DNA of 64,000 nucleotides from the NCBI GenBank assembly GCA_013265495.1, contig MU058815.1, forward strand, positions 124,001 to 188,000, written 5' to 3'. The notes beneath the pieces were generated by a model. The model was not told the origin of the DNA, did not search any database, and saw nothing but the letters and a program-made list of their open reading frames with translations. Both the position numbers and the translations under genes were made by a program. Of the stretch, positions 49,550 to 62,340 are shown one piece after another (the stretch's first letter is position 1; each line of letters begins with the position of its first letter). Source of the stretch: Vicugna vicugna (Eukaryota).

Positions 49550-51420
49550 CTCAGATCTTCGCTTTCTCTTTGATGTTAGCATTTACTGTAAGACAGATTT
49601 CCTAGCAGTGCATTCTCTTAGCCTTTGCTGATCTGGAAATGACTTTATTTTGCCTTAGTTTATGAAAGATAACTTTTCTGGAAGTGGGATTCTTGTCTTT
49701 TTTCCTTTCAGCACTTTGAATATGTCATTATATTCCCTTGTGACCTTCATTATTTCTGTCAGCCTCTAATCATATGAATTTTCCCTGTATGTGATGAATC
49801 GTTCTTCTCTGGCTTTTATGGCATTTTCTTTGTCTTTGCCAAAAGTTTGATGATGAGGTGTTCAGACACAGGTCTCTTTGTGTTTGTCCTACTTGAAATT
49901 TGTTGAGCTTCTCAAATCTATGAATCAATGACTTTTAAAATCAAATTATGGGGTTTTGAGGGGTTCTTTTTTCCATTTTTTTTTGCCCCTCCTCTCTTTT
50001 CTCCTGAGACTTCCATCACACGTATGTTGGTGCATTTGGTGGTGTCCTCTGGGTCCCTGAGGCTCTGCACATTTTTTTTCTGTTTACTTTTTCTTTATTC
50101 TTTTTTCTTGGTATTTTGAACATTTTTGTAACAGTGGCTGGAAGCCTTTGTCTTCTAACTCCACCATTTGGGCCTCCTCAGAGCCAGTTCCTGTCAGCTG
50201 CTTATTGCCCTGAGTCTAAGTCGTACTCTGCTGTTCCTTAGACTGCCTCGTCATATGTTGTTGAAGCCTGAACATCTTGGAGGATTTATTGTAGCAATTA
50301 TGGTTCTCCCCCAACCTCACACCAAGGGTTGCTGTTCTTGCACTTTTTTTTTTGCTTGTTTTCCTATTTTGGCAATTTGCCTTAACTACTTCAGTGTTGT
50401 CTGTCGTCCCCGTGATACGTGGTTGCTGATGTCTCTAGCTGTCCTTTCTTCTTCCTTCCTCCCTCCCTCTTTTCTTTTTCTTTCTTTCTTTCTTTCTTTC
50501 TCTCTTTCTCTCTTTCTCTCTTTCTTTCTTTCTTTCCTTCTTTCTTTCTTCCTTCCTTCCTTCCTTCCTTCCTTCCTTTCCCTGTTTTCACTTATATGCT
50601 TGACTCCTTATGGGTGACTCTGTTTCAATACATCTTAGTGGTCAGCCAACGATTGCTCAGAGATTATGCTCAACTACACTGAATGAGTAAGGATTCCTCT
50701 CCTTGCCAATAGATCTGTCTGTGGCTGAGGCACTCCTTCAAAGTTCAGGTCATTTATAAACTTGTCCCGGCGTTCACTTTCCACCCAGCCCTTTCGTGTC
50801 TCCTCTGTGTGTGTGTGTGTGGCTCCACATTCAGCCAAAGAGCTGGGGATCGCTGAGGGCCTCTCTGTTTCCTTCTGAGTGTACGTGCAGCCTTGTGCAT
50901 ATGCACAGTCTTCCAGCTACAGACAGGAAAATGAGGGAGCTCAGCAAGGTCGCTGGGGCTATCTCATTCCCTGGATTTCCTAGTTAAATTCTAGCCAGTC
51001 TGCTGGTCAGCTTGCCCCAACCAAAATCAGAACCTCAGGCTAACCAGAGTGCTGTCCCCCACCCCGATTCCTTTGCCCCTGGGCTGGCTACTATTCCCAA
51101 CAGTCTCCAGGGCATGAGCTTTCCCGGATCTCCACTCCGAATCAAGCCATCACCCTCTGGTAGGAAAGCTTGCAGTTTTCACGCCCTGGTAGAAACCTCG
51201 TGCTGACCGAGGTGGGGCTTTGGGGCAGGACCAGCCTCAGGCAAGACTGTTCTTTTTAAGGTTCAGTGGTTTTATTGGGTAAATCCTTCTCAGTTTGTTG
51301 CTTGCCTTTGGTTGAATTTTATGGTCTTGAAATTTTGTTTTTTTAAGTCGTTCTTCCAGTTTTATTGTTCCTATTTTGGGAGAGGTTTGGTCAAGCTCCT
51401 TGCACTCCACCATTGTGGGT
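49550..51420 (-). mobile_element. Old L1M 5'/ORF1-region fragment
   Basis: Reverse L1 motifs: 'tttcctttcagcactttgaatatgtcat', 'tttgtcctacttgaaatttgttgagcttct', 'ttctcctgagacttccatcacacgtatgttgg'. Confidence 0.7.
50443..50583. repeat. Compound polypyrimidine microsatellite (CTTT)n/(CCTT)n
   Basis: About 140 nt of pure C/T. Confidence 0.95.
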
Positions 51421-51559
51421 CCTGCGCTCAGCAGCCTGTGGTTTGACAAGCCCTTCCTGTTTTTCTGTTGTGAATTAAAGTTTGAGGACTAGCGCCAAAG
51501 ATCAATTAACTCCGCTTCTACCTTACACCATTTTTTTCCCACTTTGTAATAGATTATCC

Positions 51560-51910
51560 CCTTCCACATGCTCAGGAACAGCAGTACCATTGCCCTTCCT
51601 CTAGCCTGAGTCCATCTGAGGGCCGTTCCATTGGCTTCTGCATCTGCCATCCTCTCCTCTTAGTCATTAACATGACTCACTTCTCCACCTCCTTTAAAGT
51701 CTGTTCAAACCACATCTTTGCAATATGTCATTCCTTTACTACCTTATATAAAATTGTAAGTTGTCTTATTTATTATGCTTGTAATTTTTGTTTCTCTTCA
51801 CTCGAGCCTACGTTCCAAAAGGCAGGAGTCTATGTCGGTTTGTTTATTGATGTGTCCCAGGTGCCTGAAACTGTCTCCAGAATATAATAAATACTTGTTG
51901 AATGAATGAG
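51560..51910 (+). mobile_element. L2 3' end
   Basis: Ends 'gtgtcccaggtgcctgaaac..aataaatacttgttgaatgaatga', the canonical L2 tail. Confidence 0.7.
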
Positions 51911-52997
51911 TACAGTTCCTAAAAATGTACCACGAGAGGAAACATTGAGTTACTCTATTTTATTTTATGTAACTTAGAGCATGGATTTTAATTATTTCCT
52001 CAAGGATGGGATAGTGTTTGATCAAAATTTTAAGAGGTCACGAAGGCTTTGGGCTCCTTGGCTGAGTCTTGGCGAAGTTAGGAAGAAGAGAGACAAGGGA
52101 CCACAAATTATTTTCAGATACGCTTTACTTCTGCAACGCTCAGGAGTCTCACTGCCTTGATTTACTCTGCTCTTGGCTGCCAGCAAGACCACTTAGCATC
52201 TGGTTGTAGAAAGGAATTCCCTCTCCCCCGAAGTTTCTGTGTTATCCCACCCCCTACACTGTCTTCTTCCAGGAAAGGCACTGGTCGTCCTGGATAGAAA
52301 GGGCAAGACACTTTGGGGCAAGAGTAACTTTGTCCTCCTACGCTGGCTTCCAGCATCTGAATATTATGCCACTGTTTACCACCACGATATCTGAGCTGGT
52401 GAATGCAGAGTGATTGCCTTGTGCCCCCATGATTGACAGTCAATATTCTCTCTTCGCCCACCCTCTGCAAAGGTTTCTGGAAAACGTGGGTATTAAATCC
52501 TCCATCACTTCATAAGCCACTGGTTTAAATACTTCTTCTTGAAGAGTAAATGGACTGTATAGCGTTTTCATTCATTCAACCCTGAAACCACCAAAAATCA
52601 ACCAGTGACTGATACAAAAAGCGAATGAATGAAAGACAAAACAAAGAAAAGTTCTTTCTTAACTTCTTGTTTTGAGATAAGTATAGAATCACAAAAAGTT
52701 GTGAAAATAGTTCGGAAAAGTTTTGCACATTTCTACAAGCTTCTTCCAATGGTAAACACATGCATACGCAGACTTTATCATCAAACCCAGGAAACTGACA
52801 TTGACACCATGTAATTACAGGCCAGTTTTTACATGCACTTATCTTAAAAAATTTTTTAAATGATGCAAGTCAAATGCTAGAAAATAGTTGCTTTCAATTT
52901 TATGCTTTTTTTGTGATATTCATGTTTTAATTAAGTGATAAGAAAGGATAAACTAAAACCATATCATATTTATATAGGAATAAGTATGTAAATACAA

Positions 52998-53461
52998 ATA
53001 CTAGTTTCTTGTTGCTACAATAGCAAATTACCGCCACCTTGGCTTTCGACAACTGAGGCTTATTCTCAATGATTCTGGAGGCCAGGAGTCCAACGTGAGT
53101 TTCACTGGGCTGAAATCAAGGTGTCCCCAGGGCCACGCTCCCCGTAACACAGGAGAGACTCCCTTCCCTGCCAACTTCCGGTGCTGCCAGCATCCCTCCA
53201 CTTGTGGTCACGTCACTCCTTTCTGTGCCTCTGTCTTCACCTTGACTTTTCCTCTTCTGCATCTGTGCCACGTCTCTCTCCGTTCTCACAAGGACACATG
53301 TGATGGCATTTAGATTCCACTCACGTGATCTGGGATAATCTTACCATAAAGATCTCTAACTTAATCACATCTGCAAAGACTCTTTTTCTTTACAAAGTGA
53401 CATTTACAGGTTCCAGGGATTAGAATCTGACATCTTTGGGTCCACTGTTCCACCTGCTACA
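52998..53461 (-). mobile_element. MLT1C/D-like LTR
   Basis: 'ttctggaggccaggagtccaacgtgagtttcactgggctgaaatcaaggtgtc', 'aaggacacatgtgatggcatttag', 'taacttaatcacatctgcaaagac'. Confidence 0.85.
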
Positions 53462-53877
53462 TAATGTAAATTCAGGAACAGAATGGAGAATGACCATGGC
53501 ATCTATGCAGCTGTCAGGTTTGTCACTGGAGCACGCGCTCCCTTTAGTTTAATCAGAAACATTTTCTAATTCCTGAGAAGAACTGAACATCTGGGGCTGC
53601 TCTTTCATTTGCATTGTATTGAGATGGGTGAGACTGTCCCCTACTTTCACCTCAATTCTTTTTACACATCTTGCTAATGGGCTGAAAGACATAGGGAATC
53701 CATTATCTTTTCATAAAATGAAATTGTAGTTTTCAGAAAATTTGTAGTTTGTGTTCCTGAAATATAAACCGCTTCTCTCCAGCCAGGATAACTGCTTTTT
53801 AACGTGTAAACCAGGCAGAGTGGGGTTTGAGTCACTGCCATTTCTCTTCCATTGTAACTGCTCATTTGATAGTGAAA

Positions 53878-53916
53878 GTGTAACTGACTATACGTCGATT
53901 AAAAAAAAACAAAAAA
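53878..53916 (+). mobile_element. Ultra-short L1 3' tail (39 bp)
   Basis: 'gtgtaactgactatacgtcgatt' followed by an A-tail. 10-bp TSD GAT(A/C)GTGAAA (53868-53877; 53917-53926). Confidence 0.75.
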
Positions 53917-55609
53917 GATCGTGAAAATCTAGAAAAGCTTGGGGCATGTGGGCTGATCCCAAGCTGGCCTTTAGATGTTTGGTAAGACAAAAAGGAAGAC
54001 AGCATGGAAATGAGTCTGCTCAATCACTCTCCCCAACCCACACATCCTCCCCCTCCATCCACTATGAATCACTCGGGATTAGCAACACTTTTGAGACAAA
54101 GACATTGAAGTTTATTAGCATTTGCTCGTAAAGAAATTGCATTGAATGTCCTCAGTGAAGTTACTTCAGAGAAGTCTCATCTTATGAACCAATCTTTATC
54201 CAGTGAAATGAGAGCAAGGGTCACAGGAAACAAAGACTGTGTTTGTGGTGCGCTGCAGCCTGCGCAGAGTTTAGACGGCAGATGCCCATCCTGCCTCACC
54301 ACGCGGATGACCTCACTCGGGGCGGGGGGAGCCTCCGCACCACTGCAGTGGCTTGTTTTCCTCCAGGACTGCATCATCACCACTTCTTGACGGCAGTTTT
54401 TATGAGCAATGTAGAACACTGTGAACACCGCCCTGACCTTTGTGTTTTTAACCAGCTTTGTTTCCATGAGGCGATTCCAAACTGATTTTTTTTTTTTTTG
54501 GTTCTGCTTTCCAAATCTATTTCTAATATATGATTAAAAGAACAATGTCCGTGTTTGCATTTTTGGTCTCGCTTTGCGCACTTTTCCCTTTCATTCTGGG
54601 TTTTCATAGTTTGTGTTGCTAACTCCTTACTAATTAAGACACAGCACATCTCCAGCTATGTGGTTGAGGTGCTAAAGTAAATTGGATTCTTTTAAAAGAG
54701 TAAAAAATAAATAGCTTGTAAAAACTTACTTTGGGATTCTGGTCCAAGTTCACGTCCATCCCCAAGGCCAACTTAAAACAACAAAAAGAATGAGCAATAG
54801 AAAAGAAAACACCATTTGCATTGAAAATGCATGCAAAAACCAAAGCTACAAAGGCTAGCTGCCAAATACAACACATTTTGGAACAAACTGAGACATGACA
54901 CGGGAAAACATATGTACCCCACCAGCCCTGCACACACAGGTCTTTTCCAGCCTATAGTTTTCCATTAAAGGGTGGCACAACCCTATGGGGTCCAACCAAA
55001 GGTCCTGGCCTGAGGTGTCCGTATCGAGCACTGCGGGTGAACCAGGGCCCGGAGGAGGCCGTCAAGATGCCCCGTCTTTCTGAAAAGAACAAAAGGTCGG
55101 AGAAGGGATCTTCATGGCAGTCGGATTAATATTAATTGCCTTAAGACTCCAGATACCCTGGAGCATTAGGGACTGTTGTAAACCACAGGCCTGCTTAGCA
55201 TGGAACGGGCCACTGGAACTGGTGAGCAGACCCATCCCTGCTCAGAGGACACTGAGTCATGAGAATGTCCTTCCGAAAGACAGACTTGAGTTCAGTCCAC
55301 AGCTCCCCCTCCAGGCCCGTCATTCCTCCACACAGTCCTCAGCAAACAGGGAATCCAGAGAGAACTGTCCTCATTAACATGAGTAATTCTCCTCCAAGAA
55401 AAGAACAGGAACAAAGAATAAAGGCAGATGAAGAACAGCCATGAGGAGGAAATGAAAACTGGGAGCGCACGTTTCTCCATGAGCGCGATACAGGTGCCAA
55501 AGTAGAGACAATAACACGACAGAAGGAAAGCTTAGGAAATTAAAAGTGAGCTGCGAAAGCTTAGGGAAAAGCGGGAAAGGAGGACCAAGACAACATAGGA
55601 ATGAAGTCC

Positions 55610-55850
55610 TTTGCAGAGGCAACCGCCAGGGGCTGGATCCCCGGGAAGGAGACCCCGAGGTGGAGATCGGCAGTGAGAGATGTGTTCGGAATGCTCTTGG
55701 GATCGACACCTTGGAGGGGAGGGGAAGGGAAGGGAAGGATGCAGGGCTCAAAGCTGAGCTGCAATGCAGTTCTGTGTCAGTTTGGTCCTCCAAGAAGTGG
55801 TTTCCAAGAAGGGGTAGGCATGCAAGAGATTTATTGGAGGAAGTAACGTT
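55610..55850 (-). mobile_element. ERVL LTR fragments (LTR33/LTR40/LTR16-like)
   Basis: 'gaccccgaggtggagatcggcag..gctcttgggatcgacacc..gctgagctgcaatgcagt' and 'tgtgtcagtttggtcctccaagaag..gcaagagatttattgg'. Confidence 0.45.
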
Positions 55851-56674
55851 AACACTCTAAATAGCTCAAACAGCTTCCCTTATTCAGCCTTACGTTCCGG
55901 CTCCCTTGAAAGCACGCCCTGATCCTGCATCTTGCTGGACTCCTTAACTCCTTACCTGTCTACCCGGTTCTGCGGCTTCCTGAGCTACAGTCCCCTGCCT
56001 CCCTTTCAGGCCCAGCAATGCCAGGCTGGCGTGTGTCGTGACTTAGCCTGCGTTACTGGCCTGGAAGCTGGGAGGGGATGTGGGGGAAGGTCCTGGGAGA
56101 GGCATGTGGGTTTTCGGGAGGAGAGGACCCTGAAACATCCTGAACAAGGAGCAAATGCCAGCCCTCAACAGGCAGGAGAGCCACTTCTGCAGGCTCAGAG
56201 GTTGGAGGGAATCCGGAGATTCAGGTTTGGGGAAGCATTCACCCAGATGTCCCCATCCCAGGTGCCAAAGCCCCATTCTTCCCCTGCCATCCCCTGGCCT
56301 TGGCATCACAGTTCTGCCTTGACTGGGAGTTCACCCTTACAAGGAGCTCTGTCACCCTCACGGTTAAACCCTAGCCCTCATCCTCAACTTTCTCTGCTCC
56401 TGCACCGCAGGAGATGAGAACCTCTTTATACACAACAAAGCTTTCATGCTCAGCTTTTAGTTGCTAATTGACTGATCTCCACTTTTTGTTAGCTTCCCCA
56501 AAGGCCCATCAACCCAGTGCTGTTTTCCTTTATTTTCAATAAAAAATGTTAAAAAAAATGAAAATAGAAATACCATCGCATTAAACAAAATAAATTTGGC
56601 ATAGCTAATACCAGGCAAAATATACTTTGACGAATGAAGCACTATTAGTGACAAAGAGTCAAATAATGACAAAA

Positions 56675-57180
56675 TTTTTAACATTTTTTATTGATGTATA
56701 ATCATTTTACAATATTGTGTCAAATTCCAGTGTAGAGCACAATTTTTCAGTCATTCATGGACATATACACACTCATTGTCACATTTTTTTCTCTGTGATT
56801 TATCATAACATTTTGTGTATATTTCCCTGTGCTGTGCAGTATAATCTTGTTTATCTATTCTACATTTTGAACTCCCAGTCTATCCCTTCCCACCCCCCTC
56901 CCTTTGGTAACCACAAGTTTGTATTCTATGTCTATGAGTCTGTTTCTGTTCTGTATTAATTTATTTTTTTTTAAGATTCCACATATGAGTGACCTCATAT
57001 GGTATTTTTCTTTCTCTTTCTGGCTGACTTCACTTAGAATGACATTCTCCAGGGACATCCAAGTTGCTGCAAATGGTGTTACGTTGTCGGTTTTTGTGGC
57101 TGAGTAGTATTCCATTGTATAAATATTCCATAGCTTCTTTACCACGTTCTCTGCTGATGGACATTTAGGCTATTTCTATG
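56675..57180 (-). mobile_element. Young L1 3' end (~506 bp) inserted in an old L1 ORF2 fragment
   Basis: Same 3'UTR family. The minus frame encodes the ORF2 C-terminus-like 'KKLWNIYTMEYYSA'. TSD AAT(A/C)ATGACAA(A/G)A. Confidence 0.9.
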
Positions 57181-57383
57181 AATCATGACAAGATATTGCA
57201 TTCACCTGGACAACTTAGCCTTAAAATATGTAAAGCAAAGATTGATAGAGCTACAAAAACCCAAATCACAGTGGGAGACCTGAATGCGCTCCCCTCAGCA
57301 TTGACTGCACAACAATAACAAACCAGAACTCCAGGAGGGAAAGACTTGCTCAACGTGATTCTGACCTCCCAGGCTTATGTGAC

Positions 57384-58030
57384 ATACTTCCTTGCCTCTA
57401 AGACGTCGTTGACTGTGACACCCACTACAATTTGATGGGCCACTAAGAAAGGAAAACAATGTCAACCGTGACACAGTGACTCCTCATCACTTAGAAGTGT
57501 TACTCCACACTCATGAGAAAGCTCTTTTGTGTTTAATTATGTTGTTCTTATGCATGGGTGAAAAAGGAAAACATAAGAGAAATAAATTGAAGAAGCTATT
57601 TCTAAAACATCTTTGAAAAGGCTTTTCTTTGGAATCTGAGTCACAATCACTGGTGGTCATGTTTCTTCACACATCCTCTGTGACATCAGGGGGGTGGAGA
57701 TTCCCAGGAGACAACTTCATTACTGTCTGTTCAGTGATACTGCCTTCCTATGACTTTGATGCTTAATCCTACCTGAAGTGATCATGGAGTATTTTCATAC
57801 AAAACCAGGATACACAATTTCCTTCTCAAATGATCCTTCAAAGATTTGCCTACAGAAAGTTAGGAGGTTGCAATTGTCCAGGGATACCCCCGTATATCCA
57901 CACATTCATGCATCCACAGCCAGGACAGTGCCATCACAGACTGTCAGTTGTCCGTCTCTGATTGTAAAGGGCATCCTAGTCTTTACAAAGTTCAGATGTG
58001 GAAAGCATAGCTCTCAATAAGGGGGATGTG
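57384..58030 (-). mobile_element. TcMar-Tc2 DNA transposon relic (Kanga1/MER104-like)
   Basis: Ends resemble MER104/Kanga termini: 'catacttccttgcctctaagacgtcgttgactgt' and 'gattgtaaagggcatcctag..agttcagatgtggaaa'. Confidence 0.5.
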
Positions 58031-59339
58031 CCAGTGGCGGGGCGTGTTGTCTTGTCGGCTGTCATTTCCGCATCCTGGGCGTCGTCTTGAGCTCCCGCAG
58101 ACTCTCCCACCGGAACCACTGTCCCAGCATCACCTTCAGTGTGGGGTGAAGAACAGCTCCCCTTAAAAATCCATTGGTTTATGTTTGGTTCGTTTGTCTG
58201 TTTGCCTTGTGGGAGTTTATTCTGGGCGTCTGGCTCCTTCCTTGGGTGGGTTATACTGGGGCAAGGATTTTAGGTCAGGGAAGCAGCTGAGTTCTGTCTG
58301 CTAGGAGGAGTGGTCTGGCGGGTGACAGAGGACTAGGAAGCAAATGCAAACGCGCCTCCTCTCGAGAGTCGGCTGAGGGATCCTTGCAGGCGTTGCTGTA
58401 GTCCGTGCACGCGCCGGGCACTGCATCCACCTCGGGGCTCAGCGCCGGAGCCCAGGGGACGCTCAGCCCTGTGCAAATCGGGGTTACGCGGGGCATGGTT
58501 TACTCACAGGATCCATGGGACAATGAGGACCACAGTGAACAGGTGACAACTGTGTGCTCACGGAGCCTTTTAAGATGAGGAGCCTCCGTGGTTCCCCTTC
58601 AGCTGTAGGCACCCGGGGAGACCATCGCTGAAACTAACCACGGTGTCCAGACCAATTCGCGCCCTGTTAGGACGGAAAGCTCATCTCCTGAGAAGCTGAT
58701 CTGCTCTTTTACTCTGAACTTCTGTTTCTGAAAGAGTAGAATTGCAAAATTCCCCCCAGTCCGGGATCTTTTGACCTTTGAAGTGCTGCCGTGCTCATCG
58801 AGTGCTTCTGTGCATTATGGTCGATACTTCCTAACGCTTGATAGAAAGCAAACATTTACAAACAAGGAGTCCGCAGGGGTTGACTGGAGTCGCCTGCCTC
58901 TTTCCACGGAGCCTGGGATCTAGCCAGTTTGATACTATTTTTGTCTGGGTTTACTGCGGGAGTTATCGTTTTTGCTGCTACTGATTTTGGTGGAGAGTTT
59001 ATTTTTCCTTAATGAAAGCAATCTGCTTGGTAGATGCAATCTTTCAATGCTCGAAGTCCGCGAGTAGAAATTTGACTCCAGGACCCCTCGGTGATTAGAA
59101 GGGGCTGCTGGCCCACATGACTGCTCTTCTCTTGGCTGTCGTAATTCCTAACCCGAGAGAAAGACCCAATCAGGCCAGGAAGCCCGGAGACGAGTCACAC
59201 ATGTGCTTCCAGAGGCTGAGGGACATGTTCTCGTGGGACTTTAAGGCACAGACTTTTACTCATGTTTTTTCTTATGTTTGTGCGCATAAAAAAGGAATTT
59301 TTCTTTTTAACTCTGACTACAGAACCCGAGGAAGATAGA

Positions 59340-60925
59340 GAAAGTTAATCATCACGTGATCCTACTTTACGGCTCCTGGTGCAAAACTCCTGAATATATT
59401 TGATCAAATCCAGCACATTTGCTAAAAATATAGCAAATGATCAACAATTCAGTTTATTCCAGGATGATTCAATCTTGGGGATTTCTACAAATATAATTTA
59501 TTTTACTAATTTATTACAAAATTAGGGGGAAAAATAGGGTCACATCTATAGAAACCAGAGGTATTTTATGAAATTCCACATCTTGATTTTTTTTTTAATA
59601 AGGAGCGTTTTGTTACACTGAGAATGAGCAGAAATGTCCTTACTAAAGAGTATTTATCAAAACTAAAGACAAGTATTTTACTTCATCAGATTTACCACAC
59701 TGAACATTCGTTAATTTAACAAATATCAGCTGAGAATGTTCTGGAGGTTTGAAATCCCTCTTTGGAGTTGTGGGCCCTGTGACCAGATTTGTAAAAGCCA
59801 TGGTTTGCCTAGAGGTTGCTGGGAAATTCTTAGATGTCCTAGTGCCACCAGCTATGAGATTTTCAAGCCTTCCTCTCATTCCCCATCATCTTTCAGTGAA
59901 TTGCACAGAGACCAGAAATGGTGCATCTCATATTTGTATAGGTTTCCTTCCCCTCCTTCTAACTCACCTACAACATATTCCCTATTTGCTGAGAATTTTC
60001 ATTGTGAATGGGTGTTAAATTTTGTCAAACGCATTTCCTGCATCTGGTTTTGTTAGGTGGTTAGATAAGCGGGGAGGTAGGTGGAGTTAGAGGAGAGGGA
60101 GGATGGTCCAGAAGACGCCCACCTTCAGCATAAAGGGACTTGAGTTCTTCCAAATGAGCGCCAGCAAGAAACCGGTTTGAACCCGACGGCCACAACTATG
60201 AGGTCGCAGGAGGGGCTTAACCAGACACATTGCGGTTTAGGCTCCCCCGCCCCATGGGTTTTTCTTTGTGCATCATGGGCAAGGACATGCGCAAAAGGAG
60301 CCAAACATGATTAAACATGACGGGGACAAAAGCGATCAGTCCATCAAAAGATCACTTCTAAGCGAGGGTATAAGAGAAAGAGGAGGCAAAAAACCCCCGC
60401 TGCTTTTCAAATCTTTTGCTACACAACACACCGCCTCCCAACTGTAAACTTACCTTCCGGGTATGACAAGAACGGGGCTCTGTACTTTCTGGGGGTGCAA
60501 CAGTTCTGCTTTTATTCAATTAATGCCGTAGATTACATTGATTGCTTTTTAAAATGTAAACCAATCTTAGATTTCTGGGCTAACTCCTGTTTAGTCAGGA
60601 TGTGTCTAGGTTAGATGTGTTAACATTTCTGTCAAGGATTTTTATGTCCAAGCTCATGAGGGATGTTGGTATCTGTAATTTTCTTGCAATGTCTTTGTTT
60701 AATTTTGTATCAAGGTTATGTTGACCTCATAAAATAAAGTCACTCTCTCTTCCTCCTGAAGGATTCCCTCTGCTTCATTTTCTGGAGCAAATAATTTTCG
60801 GATTCTAGCTGTGTCATTTCCCCTCCGACTGATGAAGGATGTCTTTAGTATTTCTTGTAGTGTAATTCTGCTGAAGATACTTTTTTTTTTTCTCTAAAAT
60901 GTCATTTTTGTTTTTGAAGGATGTA
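59340..60925. mobile_element. Old L1 ORF2 fragments (plus ~59340-59720; minus ~59970-60925, split by an LTR)
   Basis: 'gcaaaactcctgaatatatttgatcaaatccagcac', 'aatgggtgttaaattttgtcaaacgcatttcctgcatct', 'attttgtatcaaggttatgttgacctcataaaataa'. Confidence 0.6.
60051..60502 (+). mobile_element. ERV1-type solo LTR (452 bp)
   Basis: Inverted ends TGTT...AACA, 4-bp TSD GTTT/GTTC, and a TATA-like 'gggtataagaga'. Interrupts a continuous L1 fragment. Confidence 0.75.
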
Positions 60926-62079
60926 TCGGTCATGGTTTAACCAGAGACACAGAGTCAGTCCTTTTGGAAGTTTCCCTCCCTCCTGGTCCTCACCCGCAGG
61001 AGACTGGCGGCTACATCGTGAACATGACCGTAAAGGGACCCACATGTGCAGAGAAGGATATGCATAACTTAGTGGTGCTCAGTCTCCCCGCATTCTCACA
61101 TCTACAGATCAGCTCACCGCAGTGTTTCTTCCATGATTTCTGTTCCTTTGTACTCGCTGCTGATTAACTTGTTCCACACCCCTGGGCTGGTCCCTGGCTG
61201 TGCTCTCCTAGCCTGGACTTCCTAAAGAATAACCCTTGTTTCGAACATTCTACTATCTAGCTCACTCTCCCTGTAAGCTAGAGAACTCTCCTGGCTAGTC
61301 TACCACTTTAGCAGACATACAATAAAATCGTATCCCTGAGATAGGACTTTGAACCCCAAAGCCATATGAAATCTTTTCCAGGCTATGTGCCCTAGTTTTG
61401 CCTACTGAAGTATCGGGGCAAGAGAAGGTAAAATATGGTGCCTTATTTTATGTTCTTTGGGAATCCTGGAAAGAGGATCCTAGAGGCTGGAAAAGCAAAT
61501 TGGGTTACGGATTCCCTCATTCAGTACTCAGAGGTCCAAGGCACTCATGGGTAAAACACATGGTCATCTCATTTCTTAGCGAGGCATTCAGTGAGGGGCA
61601 GGGAGCATCCTTTTTGGGTGCACAAGTCAATAATAAACTCAGGTCTTCTTTTTCCATATACAAGTTCAACCTCCTTACGCAAGGATGCTCATCAGCCTTC
61701 TTACACGAGCCCCAGACCCTTTGCTTCAAACAGAGGAAGTGCAGCTTCTTACATTTAAAGAGAAGACCCACAGCTTTCTTTCTTCCTTGGAAAGCAGCAG
61801 GAAACAGCTGCTCCTACTCACCGGCTCACTTTTACCTCCTCTCCCTTTGGTTCCCTTTGGTTCCCTCGTGGCCCTCAATGTGGTCATTTTGGGTGTTCCC
61901 CACAGCGCCTGCATCATAGGTGTGCTTCACACATAAAGTGAAAGCTGGGGCCTCTTTCCTCCCTGAGGGTCTGGGTTTTTCTTGATGATTCAAGTGATGT
62001 GGTAGTTTGATACACACCTCCTGGTACAGACACCCTTCTGTAGTTTCCTCCCCTTCCAGCTGGTGCCCTGGTGACTCAC

Positions 62080-62340
62080 CTTCACCAAGAGAATGCAGAT
62101 GAAGGGACACCCTACCAGGTCCGGACCTAAGGCTTAAGAAGGCCTGGCAGCTTCCGTTTTGGGGCTCCGAGGGAAGTGAGCATCCCTGTGCCCTGAGAAG
62201 CCCACCAGCGTCCCAAGGAGGGACCACACCGTGCAGGGCAGAGTTCGACAGCCCCGGCAAAACTCCCAGCCAACAGCCAGCGCCAATGGGCCATCCTGGA
62301 AGTGGCTCTTCCAGCCTCCGTTCGAGCTGCCCCCTTAATT
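62080..62340 (+). mobile_element. MLT1F/G/H-like LTR fragment
   Basis: 'ggcagcttccgttttggggctc..ggaagtgagc', 'cccagccaacagccagcgccaa..ggccatcctggaagtggctcttccagcc'. Confidence 0.6.

Noticed and set aside
50168..50682. Hydrophobic F/L/S-rich and K/E/R-rich ORFs
   Set aside because: Translations of the (CTTT)n/(CCTT)n microsatellite.
61398..62260. 173-aa and 142-aa ORFs, considered as possible retroviral gag/env remnants
   Set aside because: No recognisable retroviral motif. The region probably contains old degenerate repeats, but I could not assign it.
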